From a virus (taxonomy: Duplodnaviria; Caudoviricetes), in the IMG/VR virus record IMGVR_UViG_3300037484_000235, positions 1-64,000 of that record: DNA of 64,000 nucleotides; one strand, 5' to 3'. Below are positions 44,856 to 53,062 of this stretch, in pieces. The notes beneath the pieces were generated by a model. It saw only the letters and a program-made list of their open reading frames with translations, was not told where the DNA came from and did no database searches. The position numbers were made by a program, and so were the translations under genes. Within the stretch, counting starts at the first letter, position 1. Each line of letters begins with the position of its first letter.

Positions 44856-46459
44856 CCCTTGGTGACGTGCCCATCGTAGAAGTGGAAGAAGACCGGGACC
44901 CTCTCGATCCCCAGCTCCGCCGCAATGGCCAGTCGATGATTCCCTTCACCAACCTTGACTCCGCCTTTACGACCGATTTGGAGGTGCACGGTGCTCCCCT
45001 TCTTCCATCCTCGGCTGTTCATACTGTCCATCAGCTCGTCCCATTCATGTGGTTCCAGACGAGCCTTGTCCCGAGTCCAAACGTACTCCCTGTAGGGTAG
45101 TAGCTCAGACAGACGGACCATCACGGGCATGTCGTCCTCGTACATCTTGTCCCCGAGCTTTTGCCAGTTCGCAATCACGTCTCCCAGGCCCGTGTAGTTG
45201 GAGTAGTACCCAGCGGTACGACCACCATGTGTAACAGTGCCCAACGCCGCCCGCACGGCGTCCTGCAAACGGTCTGGTTGGAAGGCGAGCATTGGTGTGC
45301 TCAGCATCGCCTCGCGAGCTAGAGGGGCCAGTGCGCCCCGGTCTCGGCCCTGTAGGTTGAACTCTGTGATGAGGGCCGTGTTGTCGATCGGTGGCTTCTT
45401 GAGCTTCTCGAAGAACTCGTCAGCCTCATCGCTGATCATCCCCGTGGTGATTTCCCGGAGTCTGACTTGTTGAGGCTTCGTCAGGAAAGCTACGGGCTGC
45501 GACCCAAGCCCAAGGTCTGCCAGATCCAGAAGCAACGCCACCGCACGGTTCCCGTTGCTGAACTGCTTTGCCATGTACGAGGCAAACGGAGCCTCACTTT
45601 GGATCATTTCCGAGAGGGTCTCGATCAGGCCCAGGTGAGCCATTGTGAGAAGGGCCCCACGTGCATTAGGGGTGTCCAGAATGTCTTGCACCAAGATCGT
45701 GGCAATCGCCTCCCATGGCATCTTCTTCATCTTGGGGGCGTTACGCCGGACACTGGCCGCAACCTCATCGGTCAGATCAAGCTCGTACTTGATCGAGAAT
45801 TTAATCAGTCTGAGCATACGTGTTGGATCGTCGGAGAATGTTCGGTCCGGATCCAACGGTGTGTGGAGCATTCGCTCTTCGAGGTGCTGCACGCCAAGAC
45901 CCGTAAGGTCGATGACTTCTGCGTAGTCAGGTCCGTTTGCTAGGTCGAGCAGTCTCCAGAGCAGAGAATTGAGCGTGAAGTCGCGTCGATTTATATCCTC
46001 TTCGATGGTGGCTGGTTGGACATCGGTGGGCTTGTAGCCTTTTCCTTTCCCTTCGGCTCCACCGTAGGACTCTTTGCGCGCATTCGCGATTTCCAGAATT
46101 TCACCCTTCAGCGAGTGGCCCTCAAGTTCCCATTCTCCCTTAATTGTCAGTATGACAACCCCATACTGATTGGTTGTGAGATTCGTTGGGGCTGGGATAG
46201 CCTTGGCCAGTTGATTTGCAAACCACTCTGAGTTCTTGCCGAGCGCGATGGAATCTACGACGACGTCCAAATCATTGATTGGGTACTTGGATCCACCAGG
46301 GTCCATCATGAAGTTACGCACGGCCCCACCAACCACGTAAACGTGACTAGCCACACCCAATTCGATTGCTGTGCGAGACAAGAACTTCATCAGCGCCACT
46401 GAGCGTGCATGCGACCCAGCGTTGAGAAAGCGAGTTGCGACTTGAGATGCTTGATCCAT
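44852..46459 (-). CDS. class II CCA-adding / poly(A) polymerase family enzyme fused to a ParB-like domain
   Basis: YVVGGAVRN, DLDVVV, DINRRDFTLNSL and FSDDPTRMLRLIKF; C-terminal GEGNHRLAIAAELGIERVPV. Confidence 0.85.
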   Translation of the reverse strand: MDQASQVATRFLNAGSHARSVALMKFLSRTAIELGVASHVYVVGGAVRNFMMDPGGSKYPINDLDVVVDSIALGKNSEWFANQLAKAIPAPTNLTTNQYGVVILTIKGEWELEGHSLKGEILEIANARKESYGGAEGKGKGYKPTDVQPATIEEDINRRDFTLNSLLWRLLDLANGPDYAEVIDLTGLGVQHLEERMLHTPLDPDRTFSDDPTRMLRLIKFSIKYELDLTDEVAASVRRNAPKMKKMPWEAIATILVQDILDTPNARGALLTMAHLGLIETLSEMIQSEAPFASYMAKQFSNGNRAVALLLDLADLGLGSQPVAFLTKPQQVRLREITTGMISDEADEFFEKLKKPPIDNTALITEFNLQGRDRGALAPLAREAMLSTPMLAFQPDRLQDAVRAALGTVTHGGRTAGYYSNYTGLGDVIANWQKLGDKMYEDDMPVMVRLSELLPYREYVWTRDKARLEPHEWDELMDSMNSRGWKKGSTVHLQIGRKGGVKVGEGNHRLAIAAELGIERVPVFFHFYDGHVTKG

Positions 46460-46495
46460 GAGGGCTCCACCCAATGCAGAAAATAGACGGCTTCG

Positions 46496-46687
46496 CTAAG
46501 GCCGTGGCTTGGAACGACGTACGCGAGGTCTAGAAATACCAATCTGCTCGATGAGATCACTAGCCTTGCGGAATTCGCACTCCAGGCACGAGCACGTATC
46601 CCCACATCCCATACTCTTCGTTGTTGCAGCGTTTCGAAGTCGCAGCACTTCTCTTGCGGCACGGATTTTTTCTGCCAGACTCATCAT
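46496..46687 (-). CDS. hypothetical protein
   Basis: CGDTCSCLEC. Confidence 0.55.
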   Translation of the reverse strand: MMSLAEKIRAAREVLRLRNAATTKSMGCGDTCSCLECEFRKASDLIEQIGISRPRVRRSKPRP

Positions 46688-46926
46688 GGACCCATCCCCA
46701 CAAAGGAATTAGGCCCGTCCACAATGGCTTCGGTCTCTCTTCCTGTTGGGCTTAGCAGACGGAGACGGACACACAGTCGACCCCACCAAGGATGCTTTTC
46801 TTCCGCCGAGAGAATCTTGTAGGGCACTAGGATCATTTTGAAATCCGGTGGGTACCACTCTGGCATGTCTAGGGTCTTACCTACCACATAGCGTCTAGAT
46901 GGGGTGTCCCTGTATGGATGGGTCAT
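46684..46926 (-). CDS. hypothetical protein
   Basis: ATGA overlap. Confidence 0.55.
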   Translation of the reverse strand: MTHPYRDTPSRRYVVGKTLDMPEWYPPDFKMILVPYKILSAEEKHPWWGRLCVRLRLLSPTGRETEAIVDGPNSFVGMGP

Positions 46927-46934
46927 ACGAGGGA

Positions 46935-47261
46935 CTATTCTGGAGTGTCAATCGACCGATATTCCACAGGTCGGCCTTTGGACTCAGCACGCTCAATACC
47001 GAACCTCATCCCACGTGAGATGCCACGGTCTGTGTAGACGACCGTGGCATCCGCTTTCAATCCCCACGCAAGACCCGCTTCGATACCCCTGGTGCGCTCT
47101 TCCAGAATGAGGTCATCAAGGACGCCATCCTGTGTGTAGAGCAGGTGGCTTGCAAAGGGGGCCTCACCACGTAGAAGGGAATCTCGCATGCACCGTCGTG
47201 CATAGAGCTTGTTCGCCTCTACGTCACCTGCAAATGGACTCTCAAGGATGACGAGTCTCAT
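46935..47261 (-). CDS. nucleoside deoxyribosyltransferase-like (DUF4406-like) protein
   Basis: VILESPFAG...GEAPFASHLLY...YTDRGISRGM. Confidence 0.6.
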   Translation of the reverse strand: MRLVILESPFAGDVEANKLYARRCMRDSLLRGEAPFASHLLYTQDGVLDDLILEERTRGIEAGLAWGLKADATVVYTDRGISRGMRFGIERAESKGRPVEYRSIDTPE

Positions 47262-47328
47262 GCTGCAAGTCTGTGTTCTGGGCTTGCCACAGCCAAGTAG
47301 ATACTAAGAGGGGGCGAGAATACTAGAC

Positions 47329-47868
47329 TCATTTGGAAATACCATCCTCTAGATTACGGGAAGCCGTGACGCCGACCTGATCCTGATACTTGGAACTCGT
47401 CCCATAGGGTTTTTCGGCGCTGCCTAGAAGAGCATGAAAGCTTACCTGACAGATCGAGTCCCCCTCTTGAAGCTCCACTGGCGGTCCCGCGATATCTAGC
47501 TCCAGGGTGATGTTCCCGGCAAATCCAGGGTCAATGAACCCAGCTGTGGCATGAATCCTAAGACCGACACGACCCCAGGATGAGCGGCCGTCAACTCTGC
47601 CTACAAGATCTCTGGGCATCACGATACGTTCCCGGGTCCCAATCAGATAGAGCATACCTGGTTTTAGAACCCAGGATCCAACGGGAACAAGTTCCGAGCG
47701 TCCTGGTCGCAATGCCACTCCGTAGGGCGCAGTAACCCTACATAGTGGGCCCACGATTGTCAGGTCTACAGACGCCGGTTGAACCCTCCCCTCGATCTCC
47801 AGGGCCCTGTGGTGGTCTGGAAACAGGGTTGGGAGTAACAGCTTGATCTGAGAGTCCTGAAGAATCAT
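47329..47868 (-). CDS. dcd: dCTP deaminase
   Basis: VQPASVDL, GRSSWGRVGL, AGFIDPGFAGNITLE, ICQVSF and KYQDQ. Confidence 0.9.
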   Translation of the reverse strand: MILQDSQIKLLLPTLFPDHHRALEIEGRVQPASVDLTIVGPLCRVTAPYGVALRPGRSELVPVGSWVLKPGMLYLIGTRERIVMPRDLVGRVDGRSSWGRVGLRIHATAGFIDPGFAGNITLELDIAGPPVELQEGDSICQVSFHALLGSAEKPYGTSSKYQDQVGVTASRNLEDGISK

Positions 47869-47925
47869 GTGCGTTACGATACCACCAGACTTGAGAGATT
47901 GAATGGCGGCACTGGGGCCCCTGCT

Positions 47926-48660
47926 TCAATACTCTTTTCTGGGATACCTGCCACCGTTCTCAATGGCCACGACCTGAGCCTGAGCCGCATCATACAGGCG
48001 CAGACCCTCGACGTGAGCGGGCCAGTCCCGTGCGGGGTTACACCCCTGCACTCGGTCTGCGGCACGCAGGGACTCAACTGCCATGCTTGTGCAGTCCCCT
48101 GGGCTAGGGCCATAGCGACTGACGATCTTCTGGGGGCCCCTCAGTTCAGGAGGGCAGCAGATGTAGAGATCTGCACGAGCGTAGAACTGCCTGCTTACCA
48201 CCCTGCCAATAGCATCCACACTGACCTCGGGGACAGCATCCGGCGTGTACCGTCCGAGGAACTGGCACTCTTTGCAGGTGTGTGGGTACTCCGGCACGGG
48301 CCGTGGCGTGCAGGGCGGATGACGTCGAGCGTAGTCATCGAGGATGGCATCGGCCTGCTTGGGGGTCAGGCGGGTAGGGTTGGGGCTCTCTGTGAACTCT
48401 TCGGGGGTGAACCGGAAACCGCCTGGCATCACATCGATTGTTCCAGGTGGTAAGCCCTCGATTGTGGTTGTACCACCCACCACCGGGCGCAGCTCCCCAT
48501 CTTCGGTGGCGTGAGCATAGAGCGCGTCAATGACCACATCGATTTCGGCAAGGGCCCGGACCTCTAGAGCCTCTTGAATGTCACCAGGCGGAGTAATGCG
48601 CATCGCCTCGCCATAGGCTCGAATTGCTTCCTTGAGATTACGGGCAGTCATACGATCCAC
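47926..48660 (-). CDS. hypothetical protein with H.C..C.FLG domain
   Basis: YPHTCKECQFLGRY...DLYIC...VSRY, shared with 51720-52001. Confidence 0.7.
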   Translation of the reverse strand: MDRMTARNLKEAIRAYGEAMRITPPGDIQEALEVRALAEIDVVIDALYAHATEDGELRPVVGGTTTIEGLPPGTIDVMPGGFRFTPEEFTESPNPTRLTPKQADAILDDYARRHPPCTPRPVPEYPHTCKECQFLGRYTPDAVPEVSVDAIGRVVSRQFYARADLYICCPPELRGPQKIVSRYGPSPGDCTSMAVESLRAADRVQGCNPARDWPAHVEGLRLYDAAQAQVVAIENGGRYPRKEY

Positions 48661-48875
48661 TTACCCCTGATTTTCGAAGCGTGGAGTACGCATCGACGCT
48701 CGCCTGGATTCTTGCCCACCTCGTAAATTGCGAATCGAACCACCGCGTGAGTGTGGATGATGTTCGAGAGTTCGTGTAACGCGTCCACGATGGTGTCCGC
48801 GTCTCTACTGGCGTCCCCCTGATTTTTCATGGTCCATACGACCTCGAAGTGATCCTTCTTACGGGCGGTAGTCAT
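48648..48875 (-). CDS. hypothetical protein
   Basis: Tiles the operon. Confidence 0.6.
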   Translation of the reverse strand: MTTARKKDHFEVVWTMKNQGDASRDADTIVDALHELSNIIHTHAVVRFAIYEVGKNPGERRCVLHASKIRGKWIV

Positions 48876-49206
48876 GTGTGATCTTCCCCTTTCTCAGGCG
48901 TTCGGTGAGGGCCCCTGCGATGAGGGCCTGGCGGATGGTCTTCCCCACTTCGGCCTCGATGGTGTCCCGCTCACCTCGGGATACCAGGAAGTCCTTGGTC
49001 CATCGGCCTCGGCCAGTGCGATATTCGAAGCGGACTAGAAACAATCCATCAGCCTTAGAGGGTGCGACTCGCAGACGTCGCCACTCACCTGAGGTAGGTG
49101 AGGGCTCCGGATTGTCTCGCAAGGTCTCTCGCACGCGGTTGAGTCCCCAGACCAGAAAGACCAGGACTAGCCAGCCCGTGACTGCGATGAAGAAAAAGAC
49201 CGTCAT
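48859..49206 (-). CDS. membrane-anchored protein
   Basis: N-terminal TM. Confidence 0.6.
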   Translation of the reverse strand: MTVFFFIAVTGWLVLVFLVWGLNRVRETLRDNPEPSPTSGEWRRLRVAPSKADGLFLVRFEYRTGRGRWTKDFLVSRGERDTIEAEVGKTIRQALIAGALTERLRKGKITHDYRP

Positions 49207-49218
49207 GCTTTGACCTGC

Positions 49219-49410
49219 TTATTTCACGTTTTCAAGCTGAGCGACAAGCGCCATGACGTCTTCTAGAACACTGGCTGCTACAAGAGAACGATTCACGTAT
49301 GGGTTCGCATGAGGAACCCCACTAAGATGCTCCTCATCGCAAGCATCTGCGATTTTCATGAGCCGTTCACGTTCGACGAGCAATTTCTTGATCAAGTCAG
49401 ACTTGGTCAC
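49219..49410 (-). CDS. hypothetical protein
   Basis: GTGA overlap. Confidence 0.6.
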   Translation of the reverse strand: MTKSDLIKKLLVERERLMKIADACDEEHLSGVPHANPYVNRSLVAASVLEDVMALVAQLENVK

Positions 49411-49634
49411 ACGTCCTCGACTCGGATTACGACCCGCACGATGCGCACGAGGGGGCCCAGAGGGTGTCCACTCAGAGCCTTTTCGGCCTCTGCCAGATTT
49501 GAGAATCGGTAGGAATCCACTGCGTCATCAATCCACTGATGTGGACGTGAGTCCCCCTCTGGATTGATGAAGGAGGCATTGAGATAGCCCCTCTCGTAGA
49601 GACGCAGGGTGTACCACACCCACTGAGTGGTCAT
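49407..49634 (-). CDS. hypothetical protein
   Basis: ATGA overlap. Confidence 0.6.
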   Translation of the reverse strand: MTTQWVWYTLRLYERGYLNASFINPEGDSRPHQWIDDAVDSYRFSNLAEAEKALSGHPLGPLVRIVRVVIRVEDV

Positions 49635-49870
49635 TTGAGATTGGCCTCATGATCTCGCTTGAGCAGGATCATGATCTTCGAGCGGGCCTCACGGAAGGCA
49701 ACAGACTCCCCCTTGGCCTCACCCCAGTTGAAGAGCATGGTCTCCCGGGCAGGGCCCTTCGCTCGCTTGGCAGCCAGTTCAAACCCGGTAGCTGCCTTGA
49801 GGTTGTGCTCCGCCTCATCCAGTAGCTCGTTGGCGATGGCCTCCAGCTTCATTCGTGTGCTCAGGTCCAT
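49631..49870 (-). CDS. hypothetical protein
   Basis: GGAG upstream of ATG 49870. Confidence 0.6.
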   Translation of the reverse strand: MDLSTRMKLEAIANELLDEAEHNLKAATGFELAAKRAKGPARETMLFNWGEAKGESVAFREARSKIMILLKRDHEANLK

Positions 49871-49877
49871 TAGCGTG

Positions 49878-50063
49878 TTACTCCCTTGCCTGGGGTGTGG
49901 GATAGACACATCGGCATTCTACAGGGGCCGGACTCATCTTTGGATCCAAGGAGAGCTTGATCATGGCCACCGCAATCGCGAAGAGGGAGATGGAAATGAG
50001 AAAGAGGAAGAAGAAAACGGTGCTCGAATCCTCGATTGCCACCGTCTTGGGTGTGGTCAGCAT
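49878..50063 (-). CDS. single-pass membrane protein with CxC tail
   Basis: VFFFLFLISISLFAIAVAMI...CRC. Confidence 0.6.
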   Translation of the reverse strand: MLTTPKTVAIEDSSTVFFFLFLISISLFAIAVAMIKLSLDPKMSPAPVECRCVYPTPQARE

Positions 50064-50284
50064 GGTGCGATCTCTCGCCGGAAATACACACCATGCCGAT
50101 TGAGAGGTGTGTACGGCTTGTCCAACACTGGACGGTTGTCGACGGGCTTGGGGGCCTTCGAAGCCTTGTCCAACTTCACAACGTAGAGCATCGCCCCACG
50201 GTCGATGGGATGAATAGTGGAAATCACGGTCCCCGTCCCTCGTGGTGTACTCACAGTGGAACCAATCGATAGTCGTGTCTTCAT
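50057..50284 (-). CDS. SH3-like hypothetical protein
   Basis: IGSTVSTPRGTGTV...YVVKLD. Confidence 0.6.
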   Translation of the reverse strand: MKTRLSIGSTVSTPRGTGTVISTIHPIDRGAMLYVVKLDKASKAPKPVDNRPVLDKPYTPLNRHGVYFRREIAPC

Positions 50285-50613
50285 GGGGTCTCTCCGCAGG
50301 CCGGGCAGTTGTCTCGAAACTCCAGGAGGTCACCACAGTGCGAGCACACGGGCTCTACAGGCGGCACGAAGCCCTGGCAGGCTGCGATGAGTCCCACGGC
50401 CTCTACGACGCGTATAACGCTTCCCAGGCGCAGTACGACGTACGTGCGGACGTTGGACAGGTGTCCCGCCACGATGACGATGGCATCGCCTTCGTCGAAC
50501 ACCCAGGCTTGGGTTTCAGCCCAAGAGCCTGTGCGGGGGTCTCGGTAGCGCACATCTCGTGTAGCTGAGGAAATCTCAGAGTGCTTGACCAGTCGGAGAT
50601 TGGTAGGTGTCAT
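50281..50613 (-). CDS. hypothetical protein with zinc ribbon
   Basis: CSHCG...CPACG. Confidence 0.65.
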   Translation of the reverse strand: MTPTNLRLVKHSEISSATRDVRYRDPRTGSWAETQAWVFDEGDAIVIVAGHLSNVRTYVVLRLGSVIRVVEAVGLIAACQGFVPPVEPVCSHCGDLLEFRDNCPACGETP

Positions 50614-50840
50614 GACGTGCTCTTGCAGTACTCTCCGACCGACATGCCTGCACGGATTGCGGCACGGGCCGTTGCCGCCACAAGCTCGAACCACAGCTTG
50701 CGCACAATGCGGGCCTCGTGGTCTGCCTGGTCCGCTACACGACTCGCCTCACACTCAGGACAGGTGGTGAAGTTGTGCGATGCGCCGACTACAGCTACAT
50801 GCGCCAGTGAGGGATTCGGCGTGATGACAGGGGTGTTCAT
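50610..50840 (-). CDS. hypothetical protein
   Basis: Follows the element. Confidence 0.7.
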   Translation of the reverse strand: MNTPVITPNPSLAHVAVVGASHNFTTCPECEASRVADQADHEARIVRKLWFELVAATARAAIRAGMSVGEYCKSTS

Positions 50841-50845
50841 GATGT

Positions 50846-50887
50846 CCTCACCTGTGTAACTGGCGAGACTCAGCCGATTACACGATT
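50846..50887 (-). promoter_or_regulatory. bipartite promoter-like element
   Basis: AATCGTGTAA-N16-AGTTACACAGGTGAGG; 39/42 identical to 55256-55297. Confidence 0.85.
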
Positions 50888-51090
50888 CAACGGGCCTTCT
50901 TTTGGAGGCAGTCCCTCAGCCGGGCATCCGCTTCCAGGTAGGCAGCAAAGGCCGCCCCCACGTCCTTGAGGAGAGGTTGAATCTCCGGATCCTCGGGAGT
51001 CACGGAGGCAGCCAGGAAATCAGGACGTACCGCATCCGAAAGGAAAAGAGCACTGAAGTGGGGGGTATCCATGGTGTTAGGGCGGGTCAT
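50887..51090 (-). CDS. hypothetical protein
   Basis: ATGA overlap. Confidence 0.55.
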   Translation of the reverse strand: MTRPNTMDTPHFSALFLSDAVRPDFLAASVTPEDPEIQPLLKDVGAAFAAYLEADARLRDCLQKKAR

Positions 51091-51269
51091 GCGCAGGGCT
51101 CTACTCGTGCAGTGAAGGACCGTCCGAGGCGTACCAGGGCGTTCTCTGCGCCTCGCAGCGTGCGGTAGACTCGTGCGGAGTACCCGCCGGGCCCGATGAG
51201 GTGTGTCCACTCCCCTGTGGTAGCGAGCACCAGTGCTGGATTCACCGTGGAGCGCAGGATGTAGATCAC
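51087..51269 (-). CDS. hypothetical protein
   Basis: GTG 4 nt after the mini-pilin stop. Confidence 0.6.
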   Translation of the reverse strand: MIYILRSTVNPALVLATTGEWTHLIGPGGYSARVYRTLRGAENALVRLGRSFTARVEPCA

Positions 51270-51273
51270 TTGC

Positions 51274-51390
51274 TTACCAGAACTTTGCGATGAAGTGATA
51301 GAGGACCATGGCAATAGTGCTGAAGACTGCCACAGCGACTACGATGGACAGAAGCTCCACCAGTGTGAATCCGGAGTTTCGCTTGATCAT
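51274..51390 (-). CDS. 38-aa type IV prepilin-like peptide (not in ORF track)
   Basis: MIKRNSG|FTLVELLSIVVAVAVFSTIAMVLYHFIAKFW; first gene after the element. Confidence 0.8.
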   Translation of the reverse strand: MIKRNSGFTLVELLSIVVAVAVFSTIAMVLYHFIAKFW

Positions 51391-51405
51391 TGGATGTGTG
51401 TTCCT

Positions 51406-51478
51406 CTCACCTAAGTAACGAGTGGGGCCTTGTGGATTACACGATTTCGGAGGATTTCGCGCAGTGGATTACACGATT
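51406..51478 (-). promoter_or_regulatory. bipartite element with an extra upstream box
   Basis: AATCGTGTAATC at 51435-51446 and 51467-51478; N16 to CGTTACTTAGGTGAG. Confidence 0.85.
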
Positions 51479-51711
51479 CAGTGACGGCAGAGATTGGCAA
51501 GCCTCAGGATTGCGGCCTGAAGGTCAAGTCCATGCCCCTGGCCATCTGCCTCCTCGTTTCGCGCTACTACAAAACCCCCGCGTCCAGCTACGAATCCACC
51601 AGTATGGTATGCGATCATAGGGAGGGTACGAGAGGCCGACACGTCGATGTCCTCGATGGCCTTGAGCAAGGCCAGGGCATTCTTGATTCTTTCCGCAGTG
51701 GGCTTGGTCAT
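51478..51711 (-). CDS. hypothetical protein
   Basis: GAGG upstream. Confidence 0.6.
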   Translation of the reverse strand: MTKPTAERIKNALALLKAIEDIDVSASRTLPMIAYHTGGFVAGRGGFVVARNEEADGQGHGLDLQAAILRLANLCRH

Positions 51712-51719
51712 GGGTATCC

Positions 51720-52001
51720 TCAGGTCCCGGAGAGACCGGCGTCCTTCGCAATCAGGTAGGCAACTCGTAGTGCTCGGTTGGAGGCGTCCATGTGGTCGGC
51801 ACGGGTGTCCTGGGTGAGGCTCTTCGCGAAGACCATCCCAGAGACGTAGTCGGGACCGTCTGAGCTGTGCCGGGCGATGACCGTGCTGCCGGTAGCTTGC
51901 TTGCAGTGGTAGAGGTCATGCTTCTCGTACGTTCCGAGGAACGTGCAGACTTCGCAGTCGTGATCGAACTTGGGGTTCCCCGTGTCAGGTAGCTTTTTCA
52001 T
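51720..52001 (-). CDS. H.C..C.FLG domain protein
   Basis: FDHDCEVCTFLGTY..HDLYHC...VIARH. Confidence 0.7.
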   Translation of the reverse strand: MKKLPDTGNPKFDHDCEVCTFLGTYEKHDLYHCKQATGSTVIARHSSDGPDYVSGMVFAKSLTQDTRADHMDASNRALRVAYLIAKDAGLSGT

Positions 52002-52123
52002 GGCACCCCCATGACTTTCTGGAGAGCAAGAATGACGACCTCTACCAGCATCACGACCAGGATGAAGCCGAGCACCATCCCGAATCCGATCTCTATCTTG
52101 AGCATCAGCGTCTTGATTTTCAT
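51998..52123 (-). CDS. 41-aa membrane peptide
   Basis: Long hydrophobic run; ATGA overlaps on both sides. Confidence 0.6.
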   Translation of the reverse strand: MKIKTLMLKIEIGFGMVLGFILVVMLVEVVILALQKVMGVP

Positions 52124-52410
52124 GCCGTCTCCGAGTGTCGTGCGAACCAGTCCTTGAGCCAGAGCCACCGACCCGCATTGGCATGGGTCGAGGCCGCCTG
52201 CTTGGCTTCCTTGCGGCTGTTGAACGTGCCGTTTTGGAGGACCCCATCGATCCGAAGTCTCCACTTGCGAGTGTAGCCCGTCTCGACGCCCCACGTAGTC
52301 TCAATGAGGTAGGGGCCGCAGACTCGGGCATCACCGTCTTCGACCGAGACGACAGGGATGCGCTCCCAGACGAGCTTGGGGTACGAGCGAACGGCTGGGA
52401 TGGTGGTCAT
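52120..52410 (-). CDS. hypothetical protein
   Basis: Follows the element. Confidence 0.7.
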   Translation of the reverse strand: MTTIPAVRSYPKLVWERIPVVSVEDGDARVCGPYLIETTWGVETGYTRKWRLRIDGVLQNGTFNSRKEAKQAASTHANAGRWLWLKDWFARHSETA

Positions 52411-52419
52411 GGTGGTTCT

Positions 52420-52460
52420 CTCACCTGTATAACGGGCGAGTGGACCGGGATTACACGATT
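52420..52460 (-). promoter_or_regulatory. bipartite promoter-like element
   Basis: AATCGTGTAA-N16-CGTTATACAGGTGAG. Confidence 0.85.
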
Positions 52461-52511
52461 TCGGTCACTCCGTGTCTTCCGGCCAGGGATTGATCTGAAT
52501 TCCACGCACCC

Positions 52512-53051
52512 TCACTGAAATACAACCCCGCCGTGATCCCCAGCGTTGATGAGGGATACCTCCCACTTCTCGCACCACCGAAGGAACGCATCCCCGTGGC
52601 TATATGGGACCAAGCCAATCGAACTTGTGGCTTCTCCCATAGGCAGGGCGTTGGCGTAGCTGCGGATGACCCCAGCATGCTCTGCGAAGTCACGGGCAAG
52701 ACTCACGCAGTGGTCTCCACCAATCACACCCTCGCAGTCAGACATGGCAATCAGCCAGCCGAATGCCCGTTCGAAGACACTCGGGTCCGTCCATGTGAGA
52801 TGGTTGAACGCTGTGCAATCCATGCCGTGGATTGCCTGGGTAAGATGATCTCTCATCCTGGAATGACCCATGTAGGAGATGCTCGCGCCAGGCCAACGTT
52901 TCTCGGCCGTATAGAGCCCCGTCACCAAGCCCCCAGCGTTGCGGACGAAGTTGGGGTTGACGTAGACCCATACCTGGCCGTCGACTTCATTGAAGTGGTC
53001 AGTTGCCCGAGCCAACTGGAGTCCGCTGTACACCGTTGTGTCTAGTCCCAT
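52512..53051 (-). CDS. phage-type hypothetical protein
   Basis: MGLD...SDCEGVIG..C..LA.DF. Confidence 0.7.
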   Translation of the reverse strand: MGLDTTVYSGLQLARATDHFNEVDGQVWVYVNPNFVRNAGGLVTGLYTAEKRWPGASISYMGHSRMRDHLTQAIHGMDCTAFNHLTWTDPSVFERAFGWLIAMSDCEGVIGGDHCVSLARDFAEHAGVIRSYANALPMGEATSSIGLVPYSHGDAFLRWCEKWEVSLINAGDHGGVVFQ

Positions 53052-53062
53052 GACGTGTTCTC

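Noticed and set aside
47738-47929. 63-aa ORF overlapping dcd
   Set aside because: Lies mostly within dcd in another frame; no independent support.
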